64,000 nucleotides of DNA, taken from sequence record OR352947.1. One strand, given 5' to 3'. Of the stretch, positions 23,699 to 33,576 are shown piece after piece. How positions within the stretch are numbered: the first letter of the stretch is position 1; every line of letters starts with the position of its first letter. The notes under the pieces are model-generated. The model was given only the letters and a program-made list of their open reading frames with translations, did no database searches and had not been told where the DNA came from. Source of the stretch: Escherichia phage AV117. Made by a program: the position numbers and the translations under genes.

Positions 23699-24826
23699 AT
23701 GGAAAAATTTATGGCTAAGTTTGGACAAGGATACGTCCAAACGCCATTTTTATCGGAAAGCAATTCAGTACGATTTAAATTAAGCATAGCGGGCTCTTGC
23801 CCGCTATCAACATCTCCTGCTTATATTAAGTTCCAAGATAATCCACTTGGGTCCCAGGTTTTTTCTGTTGGATTAAACGTTCGTGTAATAAATCCTACAA
23901 CAGGTGCAGTAGTTGAATCTAAGTCATATAATTTCTCTACTGAAAACGACGCCACGTCAAGTGCATTTGTTACTTACATGGACACATATGCACCAAATTT
24001 TATATTTGCTCTTGTTACTAACGCTAAAACAAACTTTCCGCCCGAAGTTCTTGCATGGTTTACTAAAGCCGGGAGTTCTGTTATTCCATTAGCTCAACAA
24101 GTTTTAAATATAGTGGACATTTCTTATTCGGCATTTTATATTTCTGGTAAGAATGCTATAGCACTAGAACATATTAAGTATAGTAATAAGAAAACTTCAA
24201 CCGACTATAGTACACCACTTGATGTTGTGTACGACACGATTGATGATATTGGTGCTACCGGCTTCCCTAGTCGTACGTACGAATCATCAGACACATTTTT
24301 ATCTGCTGTTGGAGGTACTAATAATGAAATTAAAAGGATGCCTACAACATCCCTTATTACACCTCTCGCTGGGTATAAATTGAAGGCTGGAGATTTCCTT
24401 TATATGAAATTCCAACTAATGGCTGATGCTGATTTGTTAGCACAAGGGACGACACGACTTTCTATTCGGTTCTTTAAATCTCCTTCTACTTCACCTATTT
24501 CATTTAAGGATATAAACTTTGATGGGGGTGCAGGTGAATGGAAGATATATGAAGACTACGTAGAAATTCCTGCTGGTGCTGACGGGTTCACGATTTATTG
24601 TTATCGTACAGCTCCAGTCGGGCAGGGTGGATTAAGAAACGTTATATTCACTGAAGTATCATGTAATGGAAGCGTTTCAAAACCTGCTGAGTTTGGTATA
24701 AATGGTATTCGTGTAAATTATGTTTCAGAATCTTTAAGTGCCCCAGACATAATGACATTACCTACTCAATCTTCAACTGATACTGGTAAGGTATTTGGAC
24801 AAGAATTTAAAGAAGCATCAGAATAA
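23699..24826 (+). CDS. 35: long tail fiber hinge protein gp35
   Basis: 375 aa; synteny. Confidence 0.9.
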   Translation: MEKFMAKFGQGYVQTPFLSESNSVRFKLSIAGSCPLSTSPAYIKFQDNPLGSQVFSVGLNVRVINPTTGAVVESKSYNFSTENDATSSAFVTYMDTYAPNFIFALVTNAKTNFPPEVLAWFTKAGSSVIPLAQQVLNIVDISYSAFYISGKNAIALEHIKYSNKKTSTDYSTPLDVVYDTIDDIGATGFPSRTYESSDTFLSAVGGTNNEIKRMPTTSLITPLAGYKLKAGDFLYMKFQLMADADLLAQGTTRLSIRFFKSPSTSPISFKDINFDGGAGEWKIYEDYVEIPAGADGFTIYCYRTAPVGQGGLRNVIFTEVSCNGSVSKPAEFGINGIRVNYVSESLSAPDIMTLPTQSSTDTGKVFGQEFKEASE

Positions 24827-24831
24827 ATTTA

Positions 24832-24849
24832 GGGAGACTTCGGTCTCCC
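24832..24849 (+). terminator. intrinsic terminator: GGGAGAC-UUCG-GUCUCCC followed by U-run
   Basis: Hairpin immediately after gp35 stop followed by ATTTTTG. Confidence 0.7.
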
Positions 24850-24856
24850 ATTTTTG

Positions 24857-24864
24857 TATAAATA
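24857..24864 (+). promoter_or_regulatory. late promoter TATAAATA for gene 36
   Basis: Exact TATAAATA about 25 nt upstream of gp36 ATG. Confidence 0.65.
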
Positions 24865-24888
24865 TGGTATACATATAAGGAGACAACT

Positions 24889-25551
24889 ATGGCCGATTTA
24901 AAAGCTGGTAGTACAACTGGTGGTGCCGTTATATGGCATCAAGGTAATTTCCCTTTAATGCCAGCAGGTGATGACGTCCTGTATAAAACGTTTAAACTCT
25001 ATTCAGAATATAATAAACCACAAGCGGCTGATAACGATTTCGTTTCTAAAGCTAATGGCGGTACTTACGCTGCAACTGTTCGATTTAATGGAGGCGTACA
25101 TGTTCCTACTGTAGGTAGTAGTCAACAATGTGGTGTTTATCCAGGTAACGGAGACGCATCTACTTTTGCTATGGCAAATATTGACATCGTTTCGTGGAAT
25201 GGTATTGGTTTTAAATCATCACAAGGTTCAGCAGACCGAACTGTTGTAATTAATGCACGTAATGGTGATATTAGTACAAAAGGCGTTGTGACAGCAGTAG
25301 GTCAAATAAGAAGTAATGCAGTTGCTCCAGTTGCAGCAAATGATCTCACAAGAAAAGATTATGTTGATGGACGAATAAATATTGTTACGGATAACGCAAA
25401 TTCCCGTGTATTGCGTTCTGGCGATACTATGGCTGGTACTTTAACAGCACCAAACTTTTTCTCACAGAATCCGGCATCTGAGGCTAATCATGTTCCTCGT
25501 TTCGACCAGATTGTAATTAAAGATTCTGTTCAAGATTTCGGCTATTATTAA
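24889..25551 (+). CDS. 36: long tail fiber distal connector gp36
   Basis: 220 aa; synteny. Confidence 0.9.
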   Translation: MADLKAGSTTGGAVIWHQGNFPLMPAGDDVLYKTFKLYSEYNKPQAADNDFVSKANGGTYAATVRFNGGVHVPTVGSSQQCGVYPGNGDASTFAMANIDIVSWNGIGFKSSQGSADRTVVINARNGDISTKGVVTAVGQIRSNAVAPVAANDLTRKDYVDGRINIVTDNANSRVLRSGDTMAGTLTAPNFFSQNPASEANHVPRFDQIVIKDSVQDFGYY

Positions 25552-25559
25552 GAGGACTT

Positions 25560-28500
25560 ATGGCTACATTAAAACAGATACAATTTAAAAGAAGCAAAGT
25601 GGCAGGAGTTAATCCTACTGCAGCACAATTAGCCGAAGGCGAATTAGCGATAAACTTAAAAGATCGAACTCTTTTTACTAAAGATGACCTCGGTAATATT
25701 ATTAGCCTAGGCTTTGCTAAGGGCGGGGATATTAACGGTAATGTAACTCAAAATGGAGATTATTTACAGAACGGTGCATATAATCTCAATGGAAACCAGT
25801 TTGTTTATGCAGGAAAGTATATTGAATTCTTGCCAAAAACTGCTGGAAATGGCGCTTGGGCTAACCAACACACAAATAAAGCCCCTATCTTTACAGATTT
25901 GAGTTCAACTACTTCAACTTCTGAATACCACCCTTTGATTAAGCAACGTTATAAAGACGGTACTTTTTCAGTAGGTACATTAGTAAGCGAAGGCTCATTT
26001 AGAGTTCATTATATTGATTCTACAGCTCCAGACAATTCTAAACACTGGGCCTTTAACCGTAATGGTAATTTTATTGTAGATTCTGGTAGTATTGAGGTCC
26101 GCGCAGGTAATATTTCTGCGTCAGGCAATATTAACTCCGCTAATGGTATAGTTTCTGCTCCACAAGTTAATACGAAAACCATTGTTTTAGACACAAAAGC
26201 ATTCGGACAATATGATTCACAATCATTAGTTCAATATGTTTATCCTGGAACAGGTGAAGAAAATGGTATAAACTATCTTCGTAAAGTTCGAGCTAAATCA
26301 GGCGGAACTATTTACCATGAAATCGCTTCAGCTCAAACTGGTAAGAATGATGAAATTTCTTGGTGGACCGGAAACTCACTTACCACTAAATTAATGGGTC
26401 TTCGTAATGATGGCGCAATGGTATTACGTCGTTCACTTGCTATTGGCACAATTACCACTGACGAAAATACTAACAACTACGGTTCTCCTACTCCAATGGG
26501 AGAAAGATATATTGCTTTGGGCGATGCTGCAACCGGTTTAAAATATATTAAGCAAGGTGTTTATGATTTAGTAGGTAATTGGAATTCTGTTGCTTCTATT
26601 ACTCCTGATAGTTTCCGTAGTACTCGTAAAGCATTATTTGGACGTTCAGAAGACCAAGGCGGAACCTGGACAATGCCTGGCACTAATGCCGCTTTCTTGT
26701 CTGTTCAAACACAAGCTGATAATAACAATGCTGGAGACGGCCGGACACATATTGGTTATAACTCCGGTGGAAAAATGTCGCACTATTTCCGTGGTACAGG
26801 TCAGATGAATATCAATACCCAACAAGGTATGGAAATTAACCCGGGTATTTTGAAATTGGTAACCGGTGCAAATAATGTGATGTTTTATGCTGATGGCGGT
26901 ATTACATCCACTAAGCAGCTTTCAATATATAATGGTGTATATTTAGCAGCTAATAATTCTACTGCTGGGCTAACATTCGCTCCAACTACTACAATTGATG
27001 GCACTAAGCAAATTTTGTGGGAAGGTGGTAAGCGCGCTGGACAGAATAAAAGCTATGTAACTGTTAAAGCGTGGGGTAATTCATTTAACGCATCTGGCGA
27101 TCGTAATCGCGAAACAGTTTTTGAAGTAGCTGACGGACAAGGTTATTATTTTTATTCCCAACGCGTAGCCCCAAGCGGCTCCGAAACTACTGGTCCTGTT
27201 GTAACCCAGTTTGCTGGAGCTGTTAATGCTAGAGGAAGTATTATTACTGACGGAAGTTTTAAAGTTAATGGATTAAGCACTTTAGTCGGTAATGTTACAA
27301 TGAGCAATGGTCTTAATTTAACTGGGGGTTCTTCTATTACAGGCCAAGTAAAAATTGGTGGAACTGCCGATGCATTAAGAATTTGGAATGCTGAATATGG
27401 TGCAATTTTCCGTCGTTCTGAAGATAAGCTTTATATTATTCCAACTCCGCAGAATGCTGGTGAAACAGGCGGTATTTCTAATTTACGTCCATTCTATATT
27501 GCATTAAGTAATGGTAAAGTCAGCATGGATCATGATGTTGATATCGGTGGTGGAAGATTTAAAGTAGAAACTAGTGGAACAACATCGGGGCAACGTATTA
27601 CAGTTAATACTGCCTCCGATGCTATTAGAATAAATGCTCCAACACAAGAGTCTTCTAACTTCATCCAAGGACGTAAAGCAGATGTCACAAAATGGTATTT
27701 GGGTATTGGCGATGGCGGCAACATCGTTCGTATGCACAGTTACACCTATTCCCATGGTATTGCATTAAACTCTGATACGGTTGATATAGCTAAACCTCTT
27801 AGAATAGGTTCAACCCAGATTGGAACCGATGGTAACATCACAGGTGGTTCTAGTAATTTTGCTAACCTGAACACAACTTTAGAACGTAGAGTTAAGGTCG
27901 GAACTTGGTCCGGTAGTTCAACTGCAGGATGGTATAAATTTGCTACTGTAACTATGCCACAATCAGTTTCTACCGTCCAATTTAAGATTATAGGTGGTAA
28001 TGGATATAATGCCAATTCACCAGAACAGGCTACAATTACTGAAGTAGTTCTTCGTACCAGTAATAACAATCCTAAAGGTATTAACGCCACTTTATGGGGG
28101 CGCACGGGTAATGGATTTACTAATATAGCAACAATTAATACCTCCGGTGATGATTATGACGTTTATCTGTATGCTGGGACTTATGCAGACAAACTTATAG
28201 TTGAATATGACGCCACAGAAAATACACGTTATATTTCGGTAATTGGTCTTAATGGTGGATATCAAACACCAGTAACAGAATTACCCGCTGGTCATCTCGT
28301 TGGTCAAGTGTATATGATGTATTCTGATGCTCAAATACCTTATCCGGTCGGTGCTCCGATTCCATGGCCAAGTGATTCAGTTCCTGACGGGTTTGCTTTA
28401 ATGGAAGGTCAGACTTTTGATAAGTCTGCATATCCTAAGCTCGCTATCGCATATCCTACAGGTACTATTCCTGATATGCGTGGACAAACTATCAAGGGTA

Positions 28501-29042
28501 AACCAAGTGGTCGTGCTGTTTTGAGCGCTGAGGCAGATGGTGTTAAGGCTCATAGTCATAGTGCAAGTGCATCAAGCACAGATTTAGGTACTAAAACCAC
28601 ATCAAGCTTTGACTATGGTACTAAGACGACAAGTAGTTTCGACTATGGTACTAAGACCAGTAATAATACTGGTGCTCATACGCATAGTTTGAGCGGTTCC
28701 ACAAACACCGCCGGTGCGCACAGCCACACAAGCGCTCTTTATGCGGGCGATAGAAACTCTCCTGGTGGTAGTTCTGCAAGAGGATCCGCCGGTGGTGGTA
28801 ATACGCTTGGAACTTCTTCTTCTGGGGCACATTCGCACTCTATATCTGGTACTGCTGCAAGCGCAGGCGCTCACGCACATACTGTTGGTATTGGTGCTCA
28901 TACCCATACAGTTGGTATTGGTGCTCACACCCATTCAGTAGCAATTGGTTCACATGGGCATACAATAACTGTAAATAGTACAGGTAATACAGAAAACACG
29001 GTTAAAAACATTGCTTTTAACTATATCGTTCGTTTAGCATAA
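25560..29042 (+). CDS. 37: long tail fiber distal subunit / receptor-recognising protein gp37
   Basis: 1160 aa; C-terminus ...[11 protein letters not shown] as in T4; His-x-His repeats near tip. Confidence 0.95.
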   Translation: MATLKQIQFKRSKVAGVNPTAAQLAEGELAINLKDRTLFTKDDLGNIISLGFAKGGDINGNVTQNGDYLQNGAYNLNGNQFVYAGKYIEFLPKTAGNGAWANQHTNKAPIFTDLSSTTSTSEYHPLIKQRYKDGTFSVGTLVSEGSFRVHYIDSTAPDNSKHWAFNRNGNFIVDSGSIEVRAGNISASGNINSANGIVSAPQVNTKTIVLDTKAFGQYDSQSLVQYVYPGTGEENGINYLRKVRAKSGGTIYHEIASAQTGKNDEISWWTGNSLTTKLMGLRNDGAMVLRRSLAIGTITTDENTNNYGSPTPMGERYIALGDAATGLKYIKQGVYDLVGNWNSVASITPDSFRSTRKALFGRSEDQGGTWTMPGTNAAFLSVQTQADNNNAGDGRTHIGYNSGGKMSHYFRGTGQMNINTQQGMEINPGILKLVTGANNVMFYADGGITSTKQLSIYNGVYLAANNSTAGLTFAPTTTIDGTKQILWEGGKRAGQNKSYVTVKAWGNSFNASGDRNRETVFEVADGQGYYFYSQRVAPSGSETTGPVVTQFAGAVNARGSIITDGSFKVNGLSTLVGNVTMSNGLNLTGGSSITGQVKIGGTADALRIWNAEYGAIFRRSEDKLYIIPTPQNAGETGGISNLRPFYIALSNGKVSMDHDVDIGGGRFKVETSGTTSGQRITVNTASDAIRINAPTQESSNFIQGRKADVTKWYLGIGDGGNIVRMHSYTYSHGIALNSDTVDIAKPLRIGSTQIGTDGNITGGSSNFANLNTTLERRVKVGTWSGSSTAGWYKFATVTMPQSVSTVQFKIIGGNGYNANSPEQATITEVVLRTSNNNPKGINATLWGRTGNGFTNIATINTSGDDYDVYLYAGTYADKLIVEYDATENTRYISVIGLNGGYQTPVTELPAGHLVGQVYMMYSDAQIPYPVGAPIPWPSDSVPDGFALMEGQTFDKSAYPKLAIAYPTGTIPDMRGQTIKGKPSGRAVLSAEADGVKAHSHSASASSTDLGTKTTSSFDYGTKTTSSFDYGTKTSNNTGAHTHSLSGSTNTAGAHSHTSALYAGDRNSPGGSSARGSAGGGNTLGTSSSGAHSHSISGTAASAGAHAHTVGIGAHTHTVGIGAHTHSVAIGSHGHTITVNSTGNTENTVKNIAFNYIVRLA
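28587..28657 (+). repeat. in-frame 30-nt tandem repeat (about 2.3 copies) encoding [10 protein letters not shown] within gp37 tip
   Basis: Direct nucleotide repeat read in sequence. Confidence 0.8.
28868..28960 (+). repeat. in-frame 27-nt tandem repeat (about 3.4 copies) encoding AHTHTVGIG His-x-His units within gp37 tip
   Basis: Direct nucleotide repeat read in sequence. Confidence 0.8.
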
Positions 29043-29047
29043 GGAGA

Positions 29048-29061
29048 GGGGCTTCGGCCCC
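29048..29061 (+). promoter_or_regulatory. UUCG hairpin (GGGGC-UUCG-GCCCC) between Shine-Dalgarno (AAGGAG) and AUG of gene 38
   Basis: SD at 29041-29046, hairpin, ATG at 29070. Confidence 0.6.
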
Positions 29062-29069
29062 TTCTAAAT

Positions 29070-29621
29070 ATGAAAATATATCATTATTATTTTGACACTA
29101 AAGAATTTTACAAAGAAGAAAATTACAAACTGGTTAAAGGTCTTGGTCTTCCCGCTCATTCAACAATTAAAAAACCTTTAGACCCTAAAGAAGGCTATGC
29201 TGTTGTATTTGATGAACGCGAACAAGAATGGGTATATGTTGAAGACCATCGTGGAAAAACAGTATGGACATATGATAAGCAAAAAATTGTTATTGACACT
29301 CCAGGTGCTCTTCAAAATGTTACTACAGAAGAACCTGGTGAATTTGACATTTGGACTGGCGACGGGTGGAAGGAAGATGAAGCATATAAACGCGTAGTTC
29401 AACGTGATAAGAAAATTCATGAACTCTATAAATTATTCAGTGTTTTAAGTTCTCTTATTGACGCAGAGGTTGCTAATAGAGAAGAAAAACGAAAATTTAA
29501 AGAGCTCAAAAAATTCTTTGCCCTTTTAGAAAAACATGAACATCTTGGCGGTGAATTCCCTAAATTCCCTGACCTTGAAAACAAATCTATTATCAAAGCG
29601 ATTATAAATATCTTTAAGTAA
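29070..29621 (+). CDS. 38: gp38 tail fiber assembly chaperone (T4-type)
   Basis: 183 aa; N-terminus MKIYHYYFDTKEFYKEENYK matches T4-type gp38. Confidence 0.9.
   Translation: MKIYHYYFDTKEFYKEENYKLVKGLGLPAHSTIKKPLDPKEGYAVVFDEREQEWVYVEDHRGKTVWTYDKQKIVIDTPGALQNVTTEEPGEFDIWTGDGWKEDEAYKRVVQRDKKIHELYKLFSVLSSLIDAEVANREEKRKFKELKKFFALLEKHEHLGGEFPKFPDLENKSIIKAIINIFK
29603..29610 (+). promoter_or_regulatory. late promoter TATAAATA for holin gene t
   Basis: TATAAATA about 20 nt upstream of t ATG, inside 3' end of gene 38. Confidence 0.5.
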
Positions 29622-29630
29622 GGAGGTATT

Positions 29631-30290
29631 ATGGCAACACCAAAAGTATCATTTTCACTTAGTGATATTCTATTTGGGTTGCTAGATCGTATTTTCAAAG
29701 ATAACGCTACTGGAAAGGTTTTAATGTCCCGAGTAGCGGTAATTGTTCTTTTGTTCCTAATGGCACTAATATGGTACAAAGGAAGTATTTTGCTGGATTA
29801 TTACGTAAGAGCTAAGTATGATACTTATACTGAAATAATCCAAAAAGAACGAGCTTTACGTTTTGAATCTGCGGCTCTAGAACAACTGCAAATAGTTCAT
29901 ATCTCATCTGGTGCAGATTTTAGTGCTGTGTATTCTTTCAGACCTAAAAACTTAAATTATTTTGTCGACCTTATAGCTTATGAAGGCAAACTACCTAGCA
30001 CAATTTCTGAAAAGTCCCTTGGCGGATTCCCGGTGGATAAAACGGCTAATGAATATATAATTCATTTAAGTGGCCGTCATTTCTCATCTAAATCAGAATT
30101 TGCATTTTTGCCTACAAAATCTAAGACTGCCGAACTTTCTTATATGTATAGTTGTCCATACTTTAATTTGGATAACATCTATGCCGGAACTGTGACGATG
30201 TATTGGTATAAGGGGAGTAATATACTTGAGGAAGACCGCTTAGCGGCTATATGCAACCAAGCGGTCCGAATACTAGGAAGGGCTAAATAA
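29631..30290 (+). CDS. t: holin T
   Basis: 219 aa; single N-terminal TM segment and large periplasmic domain; matches T4 T. Confidence 0.9.
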   Translation: MATPKVSFSLSDILFGLLDRIFKDNATGKVLMSRVAVIVLLFLMALIWYKGSILLDYYVRAKYDTYTEIIQKERALRFESAALEQLQIVHISSGADFSAVYSFRPKNLNYFVDLIAYEGKLPSTISEKSLGGFPVDKTANEYIIHLSGRHFSSKSEFAFLPTKSKTAELSYMYSCPYFNLDNIYAGTVTMYWYKGSNILEEDRLAAICNQAVRILGRAK

Positions 30291-30563
30291 TTAGTTGTTA
30301 GAATACATCGCTAAATGACGATAAATATTTTCAAAACCTTCATTGAATTCACTAATCAGTGTTTTCTTTTCTTCGGCAGTTAAATTTGTAATTAGTTTTC
30401 TAAACGAATTCTGATTTAGCTGCCGACCATCTTTTTTAATTCCAATCTCATTCAAGAATCCGATGAAACTTGCTCGGTCTTCAACAATATCTTCCCTAGA
30501 GAATTTAATCAAAATAGAAGCAATAGTAATAATTTCACGTACGATTTCAATGTCTTTATTCAT
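30291..30563 (-). CDS. asiA: anti-sigma-70 factor AsiA
   Basis: 90 aa; matches recalled T4 AsiA. Confidence 0.9.
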   Translation of the reverse strand: MNKDIEIVREIITIASILIKFSREDIVEDRASFIGFLNEIGIKKDGRQLNQNSFRKLITNLTAEEKKTLISEFNEGFENIYRHLAMYSNN

Positions 30564-30609
30564 ATCGTTTTATTCATTCCACTTAGTTGATATGGATATA
30601 GTACCAATA

Positions 30610-30825
30610 TCAGTGTTGATTGTAAACGGCTTTTTCTACGCTTTTAACGTAATTGGTATAGTCTTCCTGTTCGTACGAGTGTAAGGCCAAGAACTGAACT
30701 AATAGTTCATTATAGACTAAAGCCTCACGCTCACGTTCGGCCTCTACTACGTTCTGAAGATTATGACTCATATCGTTCCTTATAACTATCAATGTAGTCC
30801 TGTATGTCGAAGAATGACATTTCAT
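30610..30825 (-). CDS. hypothetical protein; start probably internal (about 30771)
   Basis: ORF track; overlaps next ORF unless shorter start used. Confidence 0.35.
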   Translation of the reverse strand: MKCHSSTYRTTLIVIRNDMSHNLQNVVEAEREREALVYNELLVQFLALHSYEQEDYTNYVKSVEKAVYNQH

Positions 30826-31060
30826 ATTCTAGGGCATTAAGAGCCCGTTCTTCAGTATAGTCAGAACCAAAGACGATAGTGATTTCACCAGGCTTCATGT
30901 GATTGAAATCAACACTAAAAGGAATACGAGAACATACTTCGTCTGCCATATCTGCAACAACACTACGATATACTTCTCGGTTAACCTGATAAAGCTCTGC
31001 GAGTTCTTCGCATAGAATAACAAGTTCAGTTGCAGGATTTTCTTTGATTTTAGTAAGCAT
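30761..31060 (-). CDS. hypothetical protein (99 aa), T4 arn-region position
   Basis: ORF track; synteny only. Confidence 0.5.
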   Translation of the reverse strand: MLTKIKENPATELVILCEELAELYQVNREVYRSVVADMADEVCSRIPFSVDFNHMKPGEITIVFGSDYTEERALNALEYEMSFFDIQDYIDSYKERYES

Positions 31061-31134
31061 AGTCTTTACCCTTATGTTTTTGTTTACGTTTAGATTGAAG
31101 TTCTGATTTCTTCTTGTCCTTATGAACAGAAGCC

Positions 31135-31362
31135 TTATTGAAATCGTGTTTTGCTACAAGATTGTTCATAATGATTTATAACCTCATTTAAACATTTATC
31201 GGTAAAAGAAAACTTTTTAGCCACAGAACATTCGATAATGTGCTCTTTCAAATCTTTAGAGTCAGTATATCCCATCTCAGTAATAAAGTGGCGAATTAAA
31301 GCTTTATTCTTATCATTAACAGAATTAAAATAATCTACTTTAGAATCAATTATTCTCATCAT
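31135..31362 (-). CDS. hypothetical protein (75 aa)
   Basis: ORF track. Confidence 0.5.
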   Translation of the reverse strand: MMRIIDSKVDYFNSVNDKNKALIRHFITEMGYTDSKDLKEHIIECSVAKKFSFTDKCLNEVINHYEQSCSKTRFQ

Positions 31363-31627
31363 CTAATTTCCTTAATTGATATTGCAACGAGCTAATAATT
31401 TCTTCGTTCATTTTAATATACATGTCACGCAAGAAAGGTTTTAACCCATCACGAATAATTGCTAACGTATCACCTTTACATAAATTAACCAAATAAGGAT
31501 GGTCTAAAGCGTCCCAACCAGGCTGATTAGCATACATACCATAGTTTTCTTCCATCATATGATTAAGACGTTTGATATCTTGGATACGTGATTCAATAGC
31601 ATCTTTCTGGAGTTGTTTAATATTCAT
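31346..31627 (-). CDS. hypothetical protein (93 aa)
   Basis: ORF track. Confidence 0.5.
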   Translation of the reverse strand: MNIKQLQKDAIESRIQDIKRLNHMMEENYGMYANQPGWDALDHPYLVNLCKGDTLAIIRDGLKPFLRDMYIKMNEEIISSLQYQLRKLDDENN

Positions 31628-32088
31628 TAATAAAGGTCCTCTGAATAAAGTTCTTTCTCACTTCCGCCACGTTCAATACGTACCTGTCCAGCATACGTTG
31701 CAATAATCATTGCTTCTTCACGAGTCCAGTAATTAGAGTATTGGTCGATAAAGCCTTGGTCGTCGCCACAAACTTGTTGCGAGACTAATTGAGGACCAAC
31801 TATATCAAGTACTTCAGCCATATCTTTAGAGTAATGACGAACTCCAGGAATAACCAGAGTTCCACCACTCTTCAATTTAAACCTATTAGCTGCACATACT
31901 ATAACACGTTGAACTTTTTGGTCATTATTCCAATAGCACGTTTGCCAACAGATTTCAGGAACTTCATTCATTATGTCATCAGCAGAATAATTATAACCGT
32001 AGGACTGGAATTTTTCTGCTAGACTTTCAGGAGTCTCACGAGACAAGGCCAAATCTAATAGCTCTAAACGTTCTTTAAATGATTTCAT
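31627..32088 (-). CDS. hypothetical protein (153 aa)
   Basis: ORF track. Confidence 0.55.
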   Translation of the reverse strand: MKSFKERLELLDLALSRETPESLAEKFQSYGYNYSADDIMNEVPEICWQTCYWNNDQKVQRVIVCAANRFKLKSGGTLVIPGVRHYSKDMAEVLDIVGPQLVSQQVCGDDQGFIDQYSNYWTREEAMIIATYAGQVRIERGGSEKELYSEDLY

Positions 32089-32429
32089 TTAAACCATTCC
32101 TTAATACGTTGCCAAATAGATTTTTGTGCTTGTTTATTTACACCAATCGAACGAATAACAGGTTGTGACTGCTGATATTCTTTATAATCTTCTTTATAGA
32201 TTTCGTAAGCTGCATCAACAAATGAACTGATCGCTGCCATAAAGTTTTTACGTATACCGCCAGGAGCTACTCCATTAGGGAATTCAGAATTTTCGCGAAT
32301 AATTAAATATAACCCAGCTTTAACTTTAACTATAGTTCCAAGATAAGCCCCGTGGTACCAAATATCCCATCCTTCCTGAGTAGGTTCTGCACATTTACGA
32401 AGTTCGTTAATAATATTCAGCTTATTCAT
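32085..32429 (-). CDS. hypothetical protein (114 aa)
   Basis: ORF track. Confidence 0.55.
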   Translation of the reverse strand: MNKLNIINELRKCAEPTQEGWDIWYHGAYLGTIVKVKAGLYLIIRENSEFPNGVAPGGIRKNFMAAISSFVDAAYEIYKEDYKEYQQSQPVIRSIGVNKQAQKSIWQRIKEWFK

Positions 32430-32439
32430 TATGTATTCC

Positions 32440-33072
32440 TCACAGTACGTTAGTTACAAGGGTAATGATTTCTTTGGACACATTAGGGAAGTCAATGTAA
32501 GTATATTTACCACCGATCTTAATCTTAACATCATTTTCAAGAGAAGTAAACAGCTTTGATTCAGTTTCTGACATGTTGTATGCAAAGATTCTAAGAGAGC
32601 CATTTCGACGAATTTCAATCTGACGAATACCTAGAACTCGTTTTGCAAATCGAACTTCTAAGTTACTACGGTTTTCACCAATTTCTTTAACTTCAACTTT
32701 ATCTTTAATATTTTCAAAAACAAAGTTTGCTAATTCATGCATTTCAGGAGTAACTCCACGTGCTTTTCTAGTGTTACGTTTCTGAAGAAGTTCTGGAGCA
32801 TTTTCTTGGGCAAAGAGGTCTGCAGCTTTTTGGATAATATCCATTGCTTCGCCTGTTGCTATAAGTCCATCACCAGATTTTTCGACTAAACCTTTCTTAA
32901 TCAATACACCAATGTTAGAGTTAACAACCGATGCATTGTATTCCGCTTCCAGAGCTTCACGGACATTGGCAGCAGTGGCGAAGTTGTTCTTAATGATATA
33001 AACCATTATTGCAGCAGTTTTTTCATTCAGAGCGTTTTCGGAAGCTTTGATGATGTAAGCAACTTTAGACAT
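32440..33072 (-). CDS. motA: MotA middle-transcription activator
   Basis: 210 aa; T4 MotA-like N-terminus (MSKV.YIIKAS...NEKTA) and position next to 52. Confidence 0.85.
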   Translation of the reverse strand: MSKVAYIIKASENALNEKTAAIMVYIIKNNFATAANVREALEAEYNASVVNSNIGVLIKKGLVEKSGDGLIATGEAMDIIQKAADLFAQENAPELLQKRNTRKARGVTPEMHELANFVFENIKDKVEVKEIGENRSNLEVRFAKRVLGIRQIEIRRNGSLRIFAYNMSETESKLFTSLENDVKIKIGGKYTYIDFPNVSKEIITLVTNVL

Positions 33073-33109
33073 TTTATTTCTCCAAATTAGTATTTGTTTT
33101 GATAGGTCT

Positions 33110-33138
33110 ATAATATCATGTTTGAAGCAAAAGTAAAC
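33110..33138 (-). promoter_or_regulatory. early promoter (-35 GTTTAC, 17 nt, -10 TATTAT) upstream of motA; copy 1 of duplicated segment
   Basis: gtaaac 33133-33138; ataata 33110-33115. Confidence 0.55.
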
Positions 33139-33175
33139 TTTATTTTGGGCTCTTTTTCAAAAGCCCTGGTAAAAT

Positions 33176-33391
33176 TTACAAACTCATTTCTTTAATAAGG
33201 CTAATAAGTTTTGCCTTTTTAGAACGAAGCTTTTCTAAATGATGTCCATTTGAACCGCGAACCACTAAAGAATTGATTTCAACTTCTAAGAAATTTAATT
33301 CTTCAACGAGTGCTTTACGTGGAGCATTCATACCAGGTTTAACTTTACCGAAACGAGTAGTTGTGTTTTGGGTTAATTTCATTTTAGACAT
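33176..33391 (-). CDS. hypothetical protein (71 aa)
   Basis: ORF track; own promoter copy. Confidence 0.5.
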   Translation of the reverse strand: MSKMKLTQNTTTRFGKVKPGMNAPRKALVEELNFLEVEINSLVVRGSNGHHLEKLRSKKAKLISLIKEMSL

Positions 33392-33430
33392 TTTATTTCT
33401 CCAATTTGGTTGTTTTGTTTTGATAGGTCT

Positions 33431-33459
33431 ATAATATCATGTTTGAAGCACATGTAAAC
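33431..33459 (-). promoter_or_regulatory. early promoter (-35 GTTTAC, 17 nt, -10 TATTAT); copy 2 of duplicated segment
   Basis: gtaaac 33454-33459; ataata 33431-33436; about 50 nt near-identical to 33100-33138. Confidence 0.55.
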
Positions 33460-33484
33460 TGTTTTGTGAGAAAAATGCACAAAA

Positions 33485-33500
33485 GGGAGCCGAAGCTCCC
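33485..33500 (-). terminator. UUCG-tetraloop hairpin (GGGAGC-UUCG-GCUCCC) downstream of gene 52
   Basis: Perfect 6-bp stem. Confidence 0.5.
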
Positions 33501-33576
33501 TAATCATGTTTGTCCAACCAATACAGCCAAATCACTAGTGCAGCTATTGCACCGAGAAATCCTAAGGCTAGGGCAC

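Noticed and set aside
27746-28105. Minus-strand ORFs inside tail fiber genes 34 and 37 (e.g. 20126..20392, 27746..28105, 28602..28934)
   Set aside because: Antisense to long, strongly supported late genes; no promoter or RBS; the 28602..28934 peptide is a Cys/Thr/Arg-rich translation of the reverse His-repeat region
28587-28960. Possible CRISPR-like array suggested by short direct repeats
   Set aside because: The repeats are in-frame, imperfect and contiguous with no spacers, lying inside the gp37 coding sequence; they are protein repeats
30463-30684. Plus-strand 73-aa ORF overlapping asiA
   Set aside because: Antisense to the well-supported asiA gene, hydrophobic low-complexity translation, no RBS
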